DNA from: an uncultured Gammaproteobacteria bacterium
GTDB taxonomy: Bacteria > Patescibacteriota > Patescibacteriia > Magasanikbacterales > JBBTQS01
Direction of reading: 5' to 3'
DNA: 64,000 bases
Assembly (NCBI GenBank): GCA_965230935.1
Contig: OZ246400.1
Location: 758,359-822,358, forward strand
Positions 39,077 to 48,904 of this stretch are shown here, in pieces. The translations under genes were made by a program, and so were the position numbers. Below the pieces are notes generated by a model, which worked only from the letters and a program-made list of their open reading frames with translations, was not told the DNA's origin and did no database searches. Numbering within the stretch: position 1 is the first letter of the stretch; each line of letters begins with the position of its first letter.

Positions 39077-39391
39077 ATGGATTTTGCTGAAATTTCAAAA
39101 CTTGTGCTACAAAACGCAGATCGCTATGCCAAAAAGCATGGGGTGAACTTTGATCAAGATTTTTCTGTGCTCAAACTCACTGAAGAGGTGGGTGAGTTGG
39201 CACAAGCGGTAATTGTGCATCAGCGTCGATCGCGGCCAGAAAAATATTTACCAGAAGAGGAGTCGCGTAAAAATGTTGGTGACGAGTTGGCTGATGTATT
39301 GTGTTTTATCATTGTGATCGCTGATCAATTTGGTGTAGATCTGGAAGAAGCGATTGATCGTAAATGGCTCTCACAGGTGCGTAAGAGGTAG
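39077..39391 (+). CDS. MazG-like nucleotide pyrophosphohydrolase domain protein
   Basis: EEVGELAQAV...DELADVLCFIIVIADQFGVDLEEAI matches the MazG helical EExxE...E pattern. Confidence 0.5.
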   Translation: MDFAEISKLVLQNADRYAKKHGVNFDQDFSVLKLTEEVGELAQAVIVHQRRSRPEKYLPEEESRKNVGDELADVLCFIIVIADQFGVDLEEAIDRKWLSQVRKR

Positions 39392-39432
39392 CCTCATGGT
39401 ACAATACGGATACAACGTAAGTATACAATTGT

Positions 39433-40443
39433 ATGGCAAAAAAAATTCGTCTCGCAATCAATGGCTTTGGCCGTATTGGTCGGCATGCAGCAAAGATCGC
39501 ACTCCAGAACAAAAACGTGCAGGTGGTTGCAATCAATGATTTAACTGACAATGAGACATTGGCACATCTGTTAAAGTTCGATTCCGTATATGGGCCATAT
39601 GATCAGCAGGTGAGCTTTACTAACGACTCCATTACCATTGGCAAAACCAAAATTGCGGCGTTTTCTGACAGAAATCCTGAGGTACTTCCTTGGACTAAGC
39701 TGAATATTGATGTAGTGATCGAATCGACCGGTGTGTTTCGAACTGAAGAAGGAGCGAGTAAGCACTTTGCAGCAGGGGCAAAGAAAGTAATTGTGAGCGC
39801 GCCGGGAAAAGGCGGTAATGTGCCGACCTATGTGCGTGGGGTGAATGATCATTCACTTAAGAAAAAAGATCGCTTAATCAATAACGCGTCTTGCACTACC
39901 AATTGCATCTCACCAGTGATGGCAATTATGGATGCGCGATTTGGAATTGCCAAAGCATTCATGAGTACCGTACATGGCTATACAGCAGATCAACGTTTGC
40001 AAGATGCACCACATAAGGATCTGCGGCGCGCACGCGCAGCTGCAGTTAATATTATTCCAACCACAACCGGCGCTGCTATCGCCACCACTGAGGCAATCCC
40101 AAAGCTGGCAGGCAAGTTTGATGGTATGGCGATTCGGGTTCCGGTTCCTACTGGCTCGTGTGCTGATTTTACGATTGTGACCAAGAAAAAAACCACCGTT
40201 GCCAAGGTGAATGCCGCGTTTGAGGCAGCAGCAAAAAATATATTGTATCGTGATATTTTGCGTGTAGAGAAAGAGCCAATTGTGAGTAGTGATATTATTG
40301 GTGACCCGCACAGCGCAATCGTAGATTTAGCATTTACTAAAGTGGTGGATGGTGATTTGGTAAAAGTGTTGGCGTGGTATGACAATGAGTACGGCTATTC
40401 GCATCGGTTGGTCGAGATGGTGGTGGAGCTTGGACGGCGGTAA
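39433..40443 (+). CDS. gap: Glyceraldehyde-3-phosphate dehydrogenase
   Basis: INGFGRIGR NAD-binding motif and active site ASCTTNC. Confidence 0.95.
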   Translation: MAKKIRLAINGFGRIGRHAAKIALQNKNVQVVAINDLTDNETLAHLLKFDSVYGPYDQQVSFTNDSITIGKTKIAAFSDRNPEVLPWTKLNIDVVIESTGVFRTEEGASKHFAAGAKKVIVSAPGKGGNVPTYVRGVNDHSLKKKDRLINNASCTTNCISPVMAIMDARFGIAKAFMSTVHGYTADQRLQDAPHKDLRRARAAAVNIIPTTTGAAIATTEAIPKLAGKFDGMAIRVPVPTGSCADFTIVTKKKTTVAKVNAAFEAAAKNILYRDILRVEKEPIVSSDIIGDPHSAIVDLAFTKVVDGDLVKVLAWYDNEYGYSHRLVEMVVELGRR

Positions 40444-40477
40444 GGCACAACAACGATAGGGCAAAAATAATAGATAG

Positions 40478-40504
40478 AACACCTCGCACGGCGAGGTGTT
40501 TTTA
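40478..40504 (+). terminator. Intrinsic terminator after gap
   Basis: AACACCTCG-CACGG-CGAGGTGTT followed by TTT. Confidence 0.7.
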
Positions 40505-40510
40505 GTATTC

Positions 40511-40539
40511 TTGACAAGATTGAGAAAATATAGTATGAT
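40511..40539 (+). promoter_or_regulatory. Consensus-like sigma70 promoter TTGACA-N17-TATGAT driving the GC-rich inserted ORF
   Basis: TTGACA 40511-40516, a 17-nt spacer, TATGAT 40534-40539. Confidence 0.6.
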
Positions 40540-40680
40540 AATTTGCCGTTTGGCATCTGTTCTCTGACATCAAAATTTGGACTTGCGAGGTGTTGTTTGC
40601 AAGTAGTATACGGCGATGGGCTTCAGCAACCACGCGTCTCGATCTTGCTCGAGTGGCACGATCTGAGCGCGGACTGGGTG

Positions 40681-41028
40681 ATGACCAAAGCCATGGAAGT
40701 CGGCGCGTTCGAGACCGAGACCATGTACCACGACGACGGTTCAATCACGGACACGTCTGAGTGGGCATACGTCTGTCACTACACCAACCCGACCCAGGTG
40801 TTCAAGGTCGAGTACCACGCCCTGGCGCTGATGATGGAGGTGTGGCTGCGCATCAGCAACGACGACCGCAGTACTTCCAAAGTCAAGCGCGAACAACGCA
40901 AGTGGTCTGACTTGACCGCCCGCATTGAGGGACGGCCAACAAGTCGACAGCGCGCGAAAGCACGCGCCATTGCTGCTGGCAAGAAGACGCCAAGGCAAAG
41001 AAAGCGGGGGAATCGACGTCGCGATTAG
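40681..41028 (+). CDS. Hypothetical protein with a basic C-terminal tail, encoded on a GC-rich ~0.5-kb insertion
   Basis: About 62% GC. The longest ORF (from 40543) starts upstream of the predicted transcription start, so the start is assigned to the ATG at 40681 (MTKAMEVGAF...). The C-terminus is RQRAKARAIAAGKKTPRQRKRGNRRRD. Confidence 0.35.
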   Translation: MTKAMEVGAFETETMYHDDGSITDTSEWAYVCHYTNPTQVFKVEYHALALMMEVWLRISNDDRSTSKVKREQRKWSDLTARIEGRPTSRQRAKARAIAAGKKTPRQRKRGNRRRD

Positions 41029-41099
41029 CAGGCGCACCACCGCACCGGCGACACAACTCAACACAACCACACACCGACGTTTCTCGTCGGTGTTCGTGA

Positions 41100-42134
41100 T
41101 TATGAGGATTTTTTTCTTGAGGATTTTCGTTTTCGCGATTTGGCTGTTGTCTTGGTCTTGCGTGCTTTCTTTTGCAGATTAACCACATGGTCAGTTTCAT
41201 CAACAATCTCTTGGCGTAAAATTTCCTCAACCACATCTTCGAGTGTCACAATCCCTTCAAGCCCTTGGTATTCGTTTTCAACGAATGCGATGTGCGTTTT
41301 GGCTTTAATAAACTCATTGAGTAGCACGTCAAGTTTAGTATCACGTGAGATCGTGAGTGCCTTACCTTTTTTGTAGACTTTGTCGATCTTCTTGCCCGGG
41401 GTGAGTGTGATAAGATCCTTGGCGTAGAGCACCCCGACTGCATTATCAATAACGTCTTTATAGACTGGAATCCTGGTGAATCCTTCTTTTTTGATTTTGG
41501 TCAATGTCTTAGCATCTAGTTTTATTCCAAGAGGTAGGGCAAATACCACAGTTCGGGGAGTCATAACATACTCTGCTGTTTTGCTTGAATAGGAAAGTGC
41601 TCCTTTAATAATGCGCTCTTCGTCAGCATCAACATCACTTGCCAGCGATCCCTCATGCTGTTCAACAATTTTCATGAGTTCACCTTTGGAATATACCGTT
41701 GGAATTTCTTCACCAAGCGTTTTATTGAGTATTGCCGCAATCGGCCAACACACTGGATAAAGGATAATCATGAAAAATCGTACCATCCAGACCGTTCGTG
41801 CGCCTACTTGGAGTGCATAACGAGAAAACGTGGCTTGTGGAATGATTTCACCGAAAATCACAATCAAACCTGTTGCCACCAACCCACCAATCATTCCACT
41901 AGTGAGGTCACCCAAGAAGATTGCAATTGCAGAGTTCACGCCCACGTTACCAAGCAAAAGCGTGCAGAGTAGCAAATTACCCCGTTTGCGCACGGAGTAT
42001 ACTTTTTTTGCATCTTTATTTCCAAGAGATATTTTACGCTCGAGATCGCTTTTATCGAGGCTCAGCAGACCAAGGGTTAAGCCTGAGAACATTCCAGAAA
42101 GGAGAACCAGTAAGGCAACGATGATGTAGTCCAT
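41100..42134 (-). CDS. CNNM/CorC-TlyC family membrane protein (DUF21 + CBS pair + CorC_HlyC domain)
   Basis: N-terminal DUF21 TM region, a central CBS pair and a C-terminal transporter-associated domain with a Lys/Arg tail. Confidence 0.8.
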   Translation of the reverse strand: MDYIIVALLVLLSGMFSGLTLGLLSLDKSDLERKISLGNKDAKKVYSVRKRGNLLLCTLLLGNVGVNSAIAIFLGDLTSGMIGGLVATGLIVIFGEIIPQATFSRYALQVGARTVWMVRFFMIILYPVCWPIAAILNKTLGEEIPTVYSKGELMKIVEQHEGSLASDVDADEERIIKGALSYSSKTAEYVMTPRTVVFALPLGIKLDAKTLTKIKKEGFTRIPVYKDVIDNAVGVLYAKDLITLTPGKKIDKVYKKGKALTISRDTKLDVLLNEFIKAKTHIAFVENEYQGLEGIVTLEDVVEEILRQEIVDETDHVVNLQKKARKTKTTAKSRKRKSSRKKSS

Positions 42135-42267
42135 AGTGGAGAGATAGTATGTGTGTAGTATACCGGAGATTCCTTTCGTTGGGATGTTGATAACCAGCGC
42201 TTGTTGACAAGGGATCTTTTTTGTGATACGTTATTTTCTGTTTCCACTGGATAAGGAGGGCTAAGAC

Positions 42268-42816
42268 GTGGGGCAAAACATTCTCCTGATTGCCGGGTAT
42301 CCACCGGCGCAGGGAGATCGTGTCATGGGAAGCATGATGCACGACAACCTGCATCACGCGCTCCGGTTGTGGCGATCGGGCGCTTATGACATGATCGCGG
42401 TTGTCGGAGGGAGAACCCGACCCATCGAAGTGCAAAGCCAGCCCGAAGCAAACATCATGTTCGGTTGGCTTGTCGAAAATGGCGTGCCTCGTGAGGTGAT
42501 CCGTCGGGAGTGGACCAGCGTTGACACGTACGAGAACGTTCATCATGTCGTTGATCTCGTGGTCAGCGACTCAAGCGCTGCTGACACACAGATCACCATT
42601 GTTGCCTACCTCGTGCATAGTCTGCGGTTTTACATCACGTTTCGGCGTGTGTACCGCGGTCTGGACGTGCGCTTGGCACCGTTGCGGAAGACCGGTGGTT
42701 TGTCGCGACTCCTAACAGACGTGCTGGGAGTCCTGTTGCACCTGGTTAATCCAAACGGCGGTAACTGGTACTCCAAGTGGATTCGCGAGCGCCGCCGCCG
42801 TCAGGCTCGACGATAA
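42268..42816 (+). CDS. DUF218 (YdcF/ElyC/SanA-like) domain protein; GC-rich; GTG start
   Basis: ILLIAGYPP ... VVGG ... the SVDTYENV signature of DUF218. GTG at 42268 is preceded by AAGGAGG with a 7-nt spacer. GC is about 60%. Confidence 0.55.
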   Translation: MGQNILLIAGYPPAQGDRVMGSMMHDNLHHALRLWRSGAYDMIAVVGGRTRPIEVQSQPEANIMFGWLVENGVPREVIRREWTSVDTYENVHHVVDLVVSDSSAADTQITIVAYLVHSLRFYITFRRVYRGLDVRLAPLRKTGGLSRLLTDVLGVLLHLVNPNGGNWYSKWIRERRRRQARR

Positions 42817-42927
42817 CAATTCAACACAACCATTCACCGATGCCACTGGCGTCGGTTTGTGATTTATGTTGCCACAGGCGGGCGGAGACAGTGGTTTGCT
42901 TGAAATTCTAAATGGGTGGTAAGCTGA

Positions 42928-43776
42928 GTGAAACATGCAAAACCTATGGCCCAATTTGACCAACAATACAAAGATGCGATTTTGCGCATTATGAATGAGG
43001 GAGTGGAGGAGCTCAATGAGCGCACCGGCCATTCCACTAAAATTATTCCTGGCTTAACGTTTGAGCTCGATACCGGATTTCCGCTGTTGACGTTGCGGCG
43101 CATTCCAGTACAGCTTTTTGTGGCAGAACAAGTGTGGTTTATCATGGGATCGCAACGGCCGGATGAGTTTTTGAACCACTTTACCAAAATCTGGGATGAC
43201 TTTACTGAGGAAGACGGCAAAGTGTTGGCAGCCTATGGGTACCGATGGCGACACCATTTTGGTCGGGATCAATTAGATGATTTGGTTCACCTTTTGGATA
43301 AAGAGCCAGGTTCGCGTCATGGCGTGGTGGTAACCTGGGATCCAGCTGATGATGGTCTTGGAACCGGGACGCGCAAAAAAAATGTACCATGCCCGTACAC
43401 GTTTACCGTCAATATTATCGGGAACAAATTGCACATGCATAATGTCGTTCGGAGTAATGACATGATGCTCGGGTGCCCGCATGATGTTGGCGGGTTTGCC
43501 TTGCTGATGTATATTTTGGCGGCCAAGATTGGGGTGAAGCCGGGTAAGTACACACACACCATTAGCAATGCCCACATTTATGATATTCATTATAAACATG
43601 CGTGGGAATTAGTAGAGCGAGAAGACACGCATCCGGCGATTCAGTTTGAGGCACAAGCAGATTATTATGATCGCGCGGAGAAAGGGGATATTGAATTGGT
43701 GAAAGAGATTGTCGCCAAGCTTAAGTCGCAGTATCATCCGCAAAAATCAATCAAAGGAATGAACATTGTGCTGTAG
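42928..43776 (+). CDS. thyA: Thymidylate synthase (ThyA-type, divergent)
   Basis: DRTGTG-like NERTGHST, the RR loop and WFIMG, and the overall ThyA pattern. The start may instead be the ATG at 42946. Confidence 0.75.
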   Translation: MKHAKPMAQFDQQYKDAILRIMNEGVEELNERTGHSTKIIPGLTFELDTGFPLLTLRRIPVQLFVAEQVWFIMGSQRPDEFLNHFTKIWDDFTEEDGKVLAAYGYRWRHHFGRDQLDDLVHLLDKEPGSRHGVVVTWDPADDGLGTGTRKKNVPCPYTFTVNIIGNKLHMHNVVRSNDMMLGCPHDVGGFALLMYILAAKIGVKPGKYTHTISNAHIYDIHYKHAWELVEREDTHPAIQFEAQADYYDRAEKGDIELVKEIVAKLKSQYHPQKSIKGMNIVL

Positions 43777-43777
43777 T

Positions 43778-44290
43778 ATGAAGATGATTCTCCTCATGGC
43801 AATAACACTCGATGGGATGATTGGTCGCGATAGCGAGCATTTGTCTTTAGATTGGACGTGTAAAGAAGACAAAAAACTTTTTGTCTCTATGACCAAAGAG
43901 GCTGGGGTAATGATCATGGGACGCAAGACGTATGCGACCATTGGTCGGCCATTGCCTGGGCGATTGATAAAAGTAATGACTCATGACACCAGCAAATTTG
44001 AGTCAATTCCAGATCAAGTGGAATTCACAGACCGTTCGCCCGAAGAGATCGCAAAAGAGCTAGAGTCGCGAGGTTTTGAAAAGTGTATCTTGGCTGGTGG
44101 AGCAACCATCAATGGATTATTTTTGAACACCGGATTGATTGATGAAGTCGTGGTGACGGTTGAACCAAAAATTTTTGGCCAAGGTGTGCCATTATTTAAT
44201 GGTGTTGTTCAAGACGCCGACTTGGAATTACTCGATTCCCAAATGCTTAATGCAAACACGATCAAACTGCATTATCAGGTTGTGCGGTAG
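43778..44290 (+). CDS. folA: Dihydrofolate reductase family protein (DHFR / RibD C-terminal-like)
   Basis: MKMILLMAITLDGMIGRDS ... IMGRKTY matches the DHFR-like fold. It lies immediately downstream of thyA. The first ATG is at 43778; the longer ORF starts with TTG. Confidence 0.65.
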   Translation: MKMILLMAITLDGMIGRDSEHLSLDWTCKEDKKLFVSMTKEAGVMIMGRKTYATIGRPLPGRLIKVMTHDTSKFESIPDQVEFTDRSPEEIAKELESRGFEKCILAGGATINGLFLNTGLIDEVVVTVEPKIFGQGVPLFNGVVQDADLELLDSQMLNANTIKLHYQVVR

Positions 44291-44306
44291 GAGATTTTTT
44301 CAGTAA

Positions 44307-44948
44307 TCAAAACTCAACAAAAAAGGTTTGCTCTGGCGCAATTATATTGTGGCCGTGATAGCCAATGGTACGTTCGTCTTCAAACCAAAAGGCATCAGTG
44401 CCACAGGTTGAACCACAAACAAAATCAATAGTCTCGCCTGGTGCTTGGGCAAAGTCGTGTTTGTCTATCAGCGCTCCGTCTTCATCAATTTCAAGTACAA
44501 ATAGTTTTGTGAGTCCAGAATACTCATATTGATTTACTGCTGCACAAGCAATTGTTTGGCTATCGTTATACCAAACACAGCTGAGGCCTTCGAGTGTTGG
44601 GTGAAACGATACCATCTGCGTGGTGTTGCTGTCTCCCACATCATAGAGCTTAAGTGAAACGTCGTGTTCATAAACTACAAAGCGTTCGTTGGGGGAAAGT
44701 TTTATACTTGCGTTTGCACAAGAAAATACTTCTTGAAGTTCTGCAGGGACGTCTTGTTGAGTCCCATTTTTGTCTTGGAGTGCGAGCTGAATACAAGATG
44801 CTTCGTGACCGATTTCAACTAATTGTGTTTTGGTTTCTTGCTGTGGTGGGGATGTGGTGTCACTGATCGGTTCCACGTATTCACAGCCCGCTCCTAAAAA
44901 GACAATTACGGCGGTAAGGATGGTAACGGTAAAGATGTGTTTTTTCAT
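44307..44948 (-). CDS. Hypothetical lipoprotein
   Basis: Signal peptide with a lipobox-like LGAGC. Confidence 0.5.
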   Translation of the reverse strand: MKKHIFTVTILTAVIVFLGAGCEYVEPISDTTSPPQQETKTQLVEIGHEASCIQLALQDKNGTQQDVPAELQEVFSCANASIKLSPNERFVVYEHDVSLKLYDVGDSNTTQMVSFHPTLEGLSCVWYNDSQTIACAAVNQYEYSGLTKLFVLEIDEDGALIDKHDFAQAPGETIDFVCGSTCGTDAFWFEDERTIGYHGHNIIAPEQTFFVEF

Positions 44949-44966
44949 ATGTATTGCAGAGAAAGA

Positions 44967-45269
44967 TTATACTTGAATTTGAATAGAAAAATGGATGGTT
45001 TTACCTACAACGATATTTTTTTGTTTACGAATTTGGGCTTTAAGCGGCAATAGATACGAGCCCGATTTTTTATCTGGGAAAATCGAAGTCTTCCATTTTG
45101 TAGTATCCATAGTCACGTGTACCGGCAGCGATCCCCAACCACGCCGTAATTTGGAGTATTGTTTTTTGATTTTTTGTGCATGTGTTTTAGGGAGTGTCAC
45201 AAAATGCCACCCGGCCATGCCGGGGTAGAGCCAGACTTTTGCACGTATGGAATATTGTTGTTGTGACAT
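44967..45269 (-). CDS. DUF1905 domain protein
   Basis: WHFVTLP ... GSLPVHVT ... WKTSIFPDKKSGSYLLPLK pattern. Confidence 0.5.
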   Translation of the reverse strand: MSQQQYSIRAKVWLYPGMAGWHFVTLPKTHAQKIKKQYSKLRRGWGSLPVHVTMDTTKWKTSIFPDKKSGSYLLPLKAQIRKQKNIVVGKTIHFSIQIQV

Positions 45270-45315
45270 AACTTTTCAAAAAGTATACATCCACTGTATC
45301 AGGATTGTGTACTAA

Positions 45316-45344
45316 TTGACAAAAGAGGCCATACGCGATATACT
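45316..45344 (+). promoter_or_regulatory. Sigma70 promoter TTGACA-N17-TATACT for typA; the TTG of the -35 box is the first codon of the longest ORF in the track
   Basis: TTGACA 45316-45321, a 17-nt spacer, TATACT 45339-45344. The conserved BipA N-terminus begins at the ATG at 45388. Confidence 0.6.
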
Positions 45345-45387
45345 CGCTCGGTTGCGCCCTATTGCAGGGCGTTTTTCACTCGAAACT

Positions 45388-47175
45388 ATGGATATTAGAA
45401 ACATTGCAATTATTGCACACGTTGATCATGGCAAGACCAGTTTAACCGATGCACTGATGCGGCAAACCGGGATGATGAGCGACGAGGATGCTGGCATGGA
45501 TTCAAACGATCTTGAGAAAGAGCGTGGGATTACGATTTACTCAAAAAATACTTCGGTAATCTACAACAATACCAAGATTAACATTGTGGACACTCCAGGC
45601 CATGCTGATTTTGGTTCTGAAGTCGAACGCGTGTTGCGGTCGATTGATTCAGTGTTGTTGGTGGTAGATGCCCAAGAAGGCCCAATGCCGCAAACCAAGT
45701 TTGTACTGAAAAAGTCTTTGCAGCTCGGTCTTAAGCCAATTGTCGTGCTCAACAAAATCGATAAACCAGCTGCGCGACCGGATTGGGCACACGATCAGGT
45801 GTTGGAATTGTTTATGGATCTTGGTGCTAATGACGAACAACTTGATTTTGTGACGGTATATGCGATTGCGAAGAATGGAACCGCAGTGTTGCATCTTGAT
45901 GATGAGCATACTGATCTTAGTCCACTGCTCGAGACTATCCTCGATCATGTGGCGCCAGCGCCAAGTGATACAACAACACCATTTGCGTTTCAGCCGTTTA
46001 ATCTTGCCTATGACAACTATTTAGGAAGAATGGGTATTGGACGTGTGTATCAAGGGGTGGTTAGTATTGGGAAACCCGTGGTAGTAAAAAAACCAGACGG
46101 CACAAGTACAAAAGGAACGATTTCAAAATTATTTACATTCGAGGGAGTACGCCGCGTTGAGGTATCACAGATCAGCGCAGGAGACATCGCAATGATTGCC
46201 GGTATTCCAGAAATTTATATTGGAGACACGGTGTGTGTCGATGCGAAACAAGACCCACTTCCCGCGATTACGGTTGATGAACCAACCATCTCGTTACAGT
46301 TTATGGTAAACAGTTCACCGTTTGCCGGACGTGATGGAAAGTATGTTACTAGTCGTCAGATCAAAGAACGACTTGAAAAAGAGTTGGAGGTGAATGTCGG
46401 GATTCATGTTGATTTTTCTATGCCAGATCGGTTTGCTGTTTTAGGGCGAGGTGAGTTGCATGTTGCGGTCTTGCTCGAGAACATGCGCCGCGAAGGATAT
46501 GAGGTACAAGTGTCCCAACCACAGGTCATTGTTAAAGAAGTTGATGGAGTTAAGCACGAACCCTTTGAGCTCCTCACTATTGATGCGCCTGAGGAATGTG
46601 TCGGAACCGTGATCGAAAAGTTGGCCAAACGAAAAGGACAGATGATTAGTATGAATCCAGAGCAATCGCATATCCGTTTGCAATTTGAAATTCCTACCCG
46701 TGGGTTACTTGGGTATCGGAACGAGTTTGTGGTGGATACGCGCGGTGAGGGAATTTTAAGCAGCGAGCAGCTCGGCTTTCGGCCATATGCTGGAGAGATT
46801 CAAAAGCGTGCAGTGGGTTCGATGATCTCTGGTGAGACCGGAAAAGTGTTGGGTTACTCTTTGGCGAATTTGCAAGAGCGGGGAGCGCTCTATATCGGAC
46901 CTAATATTGATGTGTATGAAGGCATGGTGATTGGGAATACTGCAAAAGGAATGGATATGACTGTGAATCCAATCAAAGGAAAGCATCTTACTAACATGCG
47001 TGCCTCTGGTGCTGATGCCGCACTTAATTTAACGCCGCCAGTACCGGTGACGCTAGAGCGCGGTTTGGAGTTAATGACTGATGATGAATATTTAGAAGTT
47101 ACGCCAACGCATGTTCGATTGCGAAAACACCATCTGACAGAATCGGATCGGGTGCGAGCGGGAAGGAAGAAATAA
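45388..47175 (+). CDS. typA: Translational GTPase TypA/BipA
   Basis: Starts [17 protein letters not shown] (G1), has DTPGHADF (G3) and NKID (G4), and an EF-G-like domain arrangement. Confidence 0.9.
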   Translation: MDIRNIAIIAHVDHGKTSLTDALMRQTGMMSDEDAGMDSNDLEKERGITIYSKNTSVIYNNTKINIVDTPGHADFGSEVERVLRSIDSVLLVVDAQEGPMPQTKFVLKKSLQLGLKPIVVLNKIDKPAARPDWAHDQVLELFMDLGANDEQLDFVTVYAIAKNGTAVLHLDDEHTDLSPLLETILDHVAPAPSDTTTPFAFQPFNLAYDNYLGRMGIGRVYQGVVSIGKPVVVKKPDGTSTKGTISKLFTFEGVRRVEVSQISAGDIAMIAGIPEIYIGDTVCVDAKQDPLPAITVDEPTISLQFMVNSSPFAGRDGKYVTSRQIKERLEKELEVNVGIHVDFSMPDRFAVLGRGELHVAVLLENMRREGYEVQVSQPQVIVKEVDGVKHEPFELLTIDAPEECVGTVIEKLAKRKGQMISMNPEQSHIRLQFEIPTRGLLGYRNEFVVDTRGEGILSSEQLGFRPYAGEIQKRAVGSMISGETGKVLGYSLANLQERGALYIGPNIDVYEGMVIGNTAKGMDMTVNPIKGKHLTNMRASGADAALNLTPPVPVTLERGLELMTDDEYLEVTPTHVRLRKHHLTESDRVRAGRKK

Positions 47176-47183
47176 TTTCACTT

Positions 47184-47495
47184 TTACTCAACATCAATTT
47201 TTATCCCGCCAAACCATTTTGCAAATAGATTATAAAAGGGAGCGCCAACAAGTCCTACTACACATCCAAAAACAGCAAAAATAATTGGCATCCCGATAAG
47301 TGCTCCAAATGCGAGTACGGTACCGGAGCTTAGCCCAGGAGTTTCTTGAGATGTTATCCAGCCAATAGTTACCAGTGTGTCAATTACCAATCCTCCAAAT
47401 GAATACAATATTCCAAGAACCAAGCCGATAAGCGCTCCAAATGCTGTGTGCATTTTTACAAAGGGGAGAATTCCTATTTTTTTAATGGTTTTCAT
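47184..47495 (-). CDS. Small hypothetical membrane protein (cassette-like)
   Basis: 103 aa with 3 TM helices; no recognised family. Confidence 0.45.
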   Translation of the reverse strand: MKTIKKIGILPFVKMHTAFGALIGLVLGILYSFGGLVIDTLVTIGWITSQETPGLSSGTVLAFGALIGMPIIFAVFGCVVGLVGAPFYNLFAKWFGGIKIDVE

Positions 47496-47502
47496 TTAGG
47501 GT

Positions 47503-47787
47503 TTATTTATTTTTGCGTTTCATGTAGATGAAACTGGAAATGACATACACAACGATTGCCATAATGAGATATACCCATGTATCAATATAATTTCCTGGGC
47601 ACTCAGTTATTGGTGGCTTTACGTTATTGAGATACCCTTCATAGCTTAATCCAGTACAGGAAAAAGTGGTTTTGAGTATCATGAGTCCAAAAAGAGAAAG
47701 AGCAGTGATGCTTACATTTATCCAATTTGGTTTTAGCCCATAATTTTTTGCCGGGCTACTTTGCTTATGATTCCTTTGGTTTTTCAT
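47503..47787 (-). CDS. Small hypothetical membrane protein (cassette-like)
   Basis: 94 aa with 2 TM helices. Confidence 0.45.
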   Translation of the reverse strand: MKNQRNHKQSSPAKNYGLKPNWINVSITALSLFGLMILKTTFSCTGLSYEGYLNNVKPPITECPGNYIDTWVYLIMAIVVYVISSFIYMKRKNK

Positions 47788-48220
47788 AGATGTATTTCAC
47801 TTTGCCAAAATCACGCTCGTATTGTTCATCACTAACTTTTTGAACACCAGGTAATTTTTCTGTTGCTCTGATTGATGCGGTATTATCAAGGCTGATTGTC
47901 ATGGTAATAAACGGAAGATCAAGTTCATCCATCAACTGTTGTTTGAACTTGGCGGCAAGTCCTTGTCCTCGATATTTATTATCTACTACCGTGTGAGTTA
48001 CATTTTTTTCATCAGCGGTGTCATACACACCGACGATTCCTAGTTTTTCTCCTTTACTGCCGTAGAGAGTAAAGTATCGTTGGTTCGCGCAGTTTTCTTG
48101 ACCAAGAGCAATCCAGCCACCTTCTCCTTCAAGTTCTTGAAAATATTGCATATCAAAATCACCGAGACGTTGAATCTCAGCAGGCTCTTGTTCGTGGCGC
48201 CTTGTTTCTGGTGTGGTCAT
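47765..48220 (-). CDS. GNAT-family N-acetyltransferase-like protein
   Basis: Motif-A-like RGQGLAAKF and a beta/alpha pattern of about 150 aa. Confidence 0.45.
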   Translation of the reverse strand: MTTPETRRHEQEPAEIQRLGDFDMQYFQELEGEGGWIALGQENCANQRYFTLYGSKGEKLGIVGVYDTADEKNVTHTVVDNKYRGQGLAAKFKQQLMDELDLPFITMTISLDNTASIRATEKLPGVQKVSDEQYERDFGKVKYIYEKPKES

Positions 48221-48235
48221 AACTATTTACATTTT

Positions 48236-48589
48236 TTACTCTACTTCGTCTTTCATCTGAGTTAATAGATCGGCAATTTTTTCAGAAATTTGTTCTAGTT
48301 CTTCAAATTTTTTTATAGCTTCTTCCTTGTTATCAGAATTGTGTAAAGAAATGATTTCATTTGTCAGCTCATGTAATTGTTGATGATTGTTTTTTAGATC
48401 ACCTAATTCTTTGAGGTCTTTACATTCATTTTCTGCCTCTCCTTCAATCCATTGTCCTAAATTACACGCATGATGAGATTTAAATTTTTCTTCCGGTATG
48501 TTGGACGTTCCACTTTTTATATAAGGCCTAAGTTGGATCATCCAATTTCTGTGGTTTACGATGGCAAGATTAAAGTTGAGAGTACTCAT
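48236..48589 (-). CDS. CZB (chemoreceptor zinc-binding) domain protein
   Basis: The HxxCxLGxW signature (HHACNLGQWIEG), preceded by a conserved His (HRNWM). Confidence 0.6.
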   Translation of the reverse strand: MSTLNFNLAIVNHRNWMIQLRPYIKSGTSNIPEEKFKSHHACNLGQWIEGEAENECKDLKELGDLKNNHQQLHELTNEIISLHNSDNKEEAIKKFEELEQISEKIADLLTQMKDEVE

Positions 48590-48670
48590 AGTAGATAATT
48601 AAATTGTTAATACCATGGTTTTTTTATTCTATTATTAACTCAATGGATTGGCAAGAGTTAAGCGAAAAAT

Positions 48671-48773
48671 GTATTTCAGCTAACGTTTGCGTGTATGCGA
48701 TGTTGCGACCGAAGGGAGCAATATGGGTGAGCTCTCTCGAAAGAGAGCGAACCTCATACACGCTGTTAGCTGA
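48671..48773 (+). repeat. attC-like imperfect palindrome / structured element, copy 1
   Basis: R box TCAGCTAAC (48676-48684) pairs with GTTAGCTGA (48765-48773). L stems TGCGTGTATG / CATACACGC. The internal hairpin is GCTCTC-TCGAAA-GAGAGC. Shared motifs with copy 2 are GTATTTCAGCTAACGTT, TGGGTGA, GAACC and GTTA. It is followed by a terminator at 48792-48818. Confidence 0.55.
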
Positions 48774-48791
48774 TGTACACTTTTTCTTTTA

Positions 48792-48818
48792 ATCCCGACC
48801 CAGTCGGGATCGTTTTTC
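48792..48818 (+). terminator. Intrinsic terminator downstream of element copy 1
   Basis: ATCCCGAC-CCAG-TCGGGAT then CG and TTTTT. Confidence 0.6.
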
Positions 48819-48904
48819 TATTATAGATCAAATTGATTTTTCATTTGGCGGGGGCGCAAGAGGGAAAATCAAAAAGGGTGAATTGCGCCCCCGCCAACAC
48901 TCAA

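Noticed and set aside
45316-45387. The TTG at 45316 as the typA start, and similarly the TTG at 21454 for rplA and at 43766 for folA.
   Set aside because: The 45316 TTG is the first half of a TTGACA -35 hexamer with a perfectly spaced TATACT. The conserved N-termini begin at downstream ATGs.
48700-48720. The segment ACCGAAGGGAGCAA in element copy 1 resembles the conserved CCGAAGGRGCAA junction of glycine riboswitch aptamers.
   Set aside because: The match is absent from copy 2. The GGAGAG / CUCUCAGGCAAAAGGAC elements of the glycine aptamer are missing, and no glycine-metabolism gene is nearby. It is probably coincidental.
48725-48760. GAGC-stem-GAAA-stem-GAAC in copy 1 looked like group II intron domain V.
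   Set aside because: The helix is only about 5-6 bp with no bulge. There is no domain VI or IEP/RT ORF, and copy 2 has a 7-nt non-GNRA loop.
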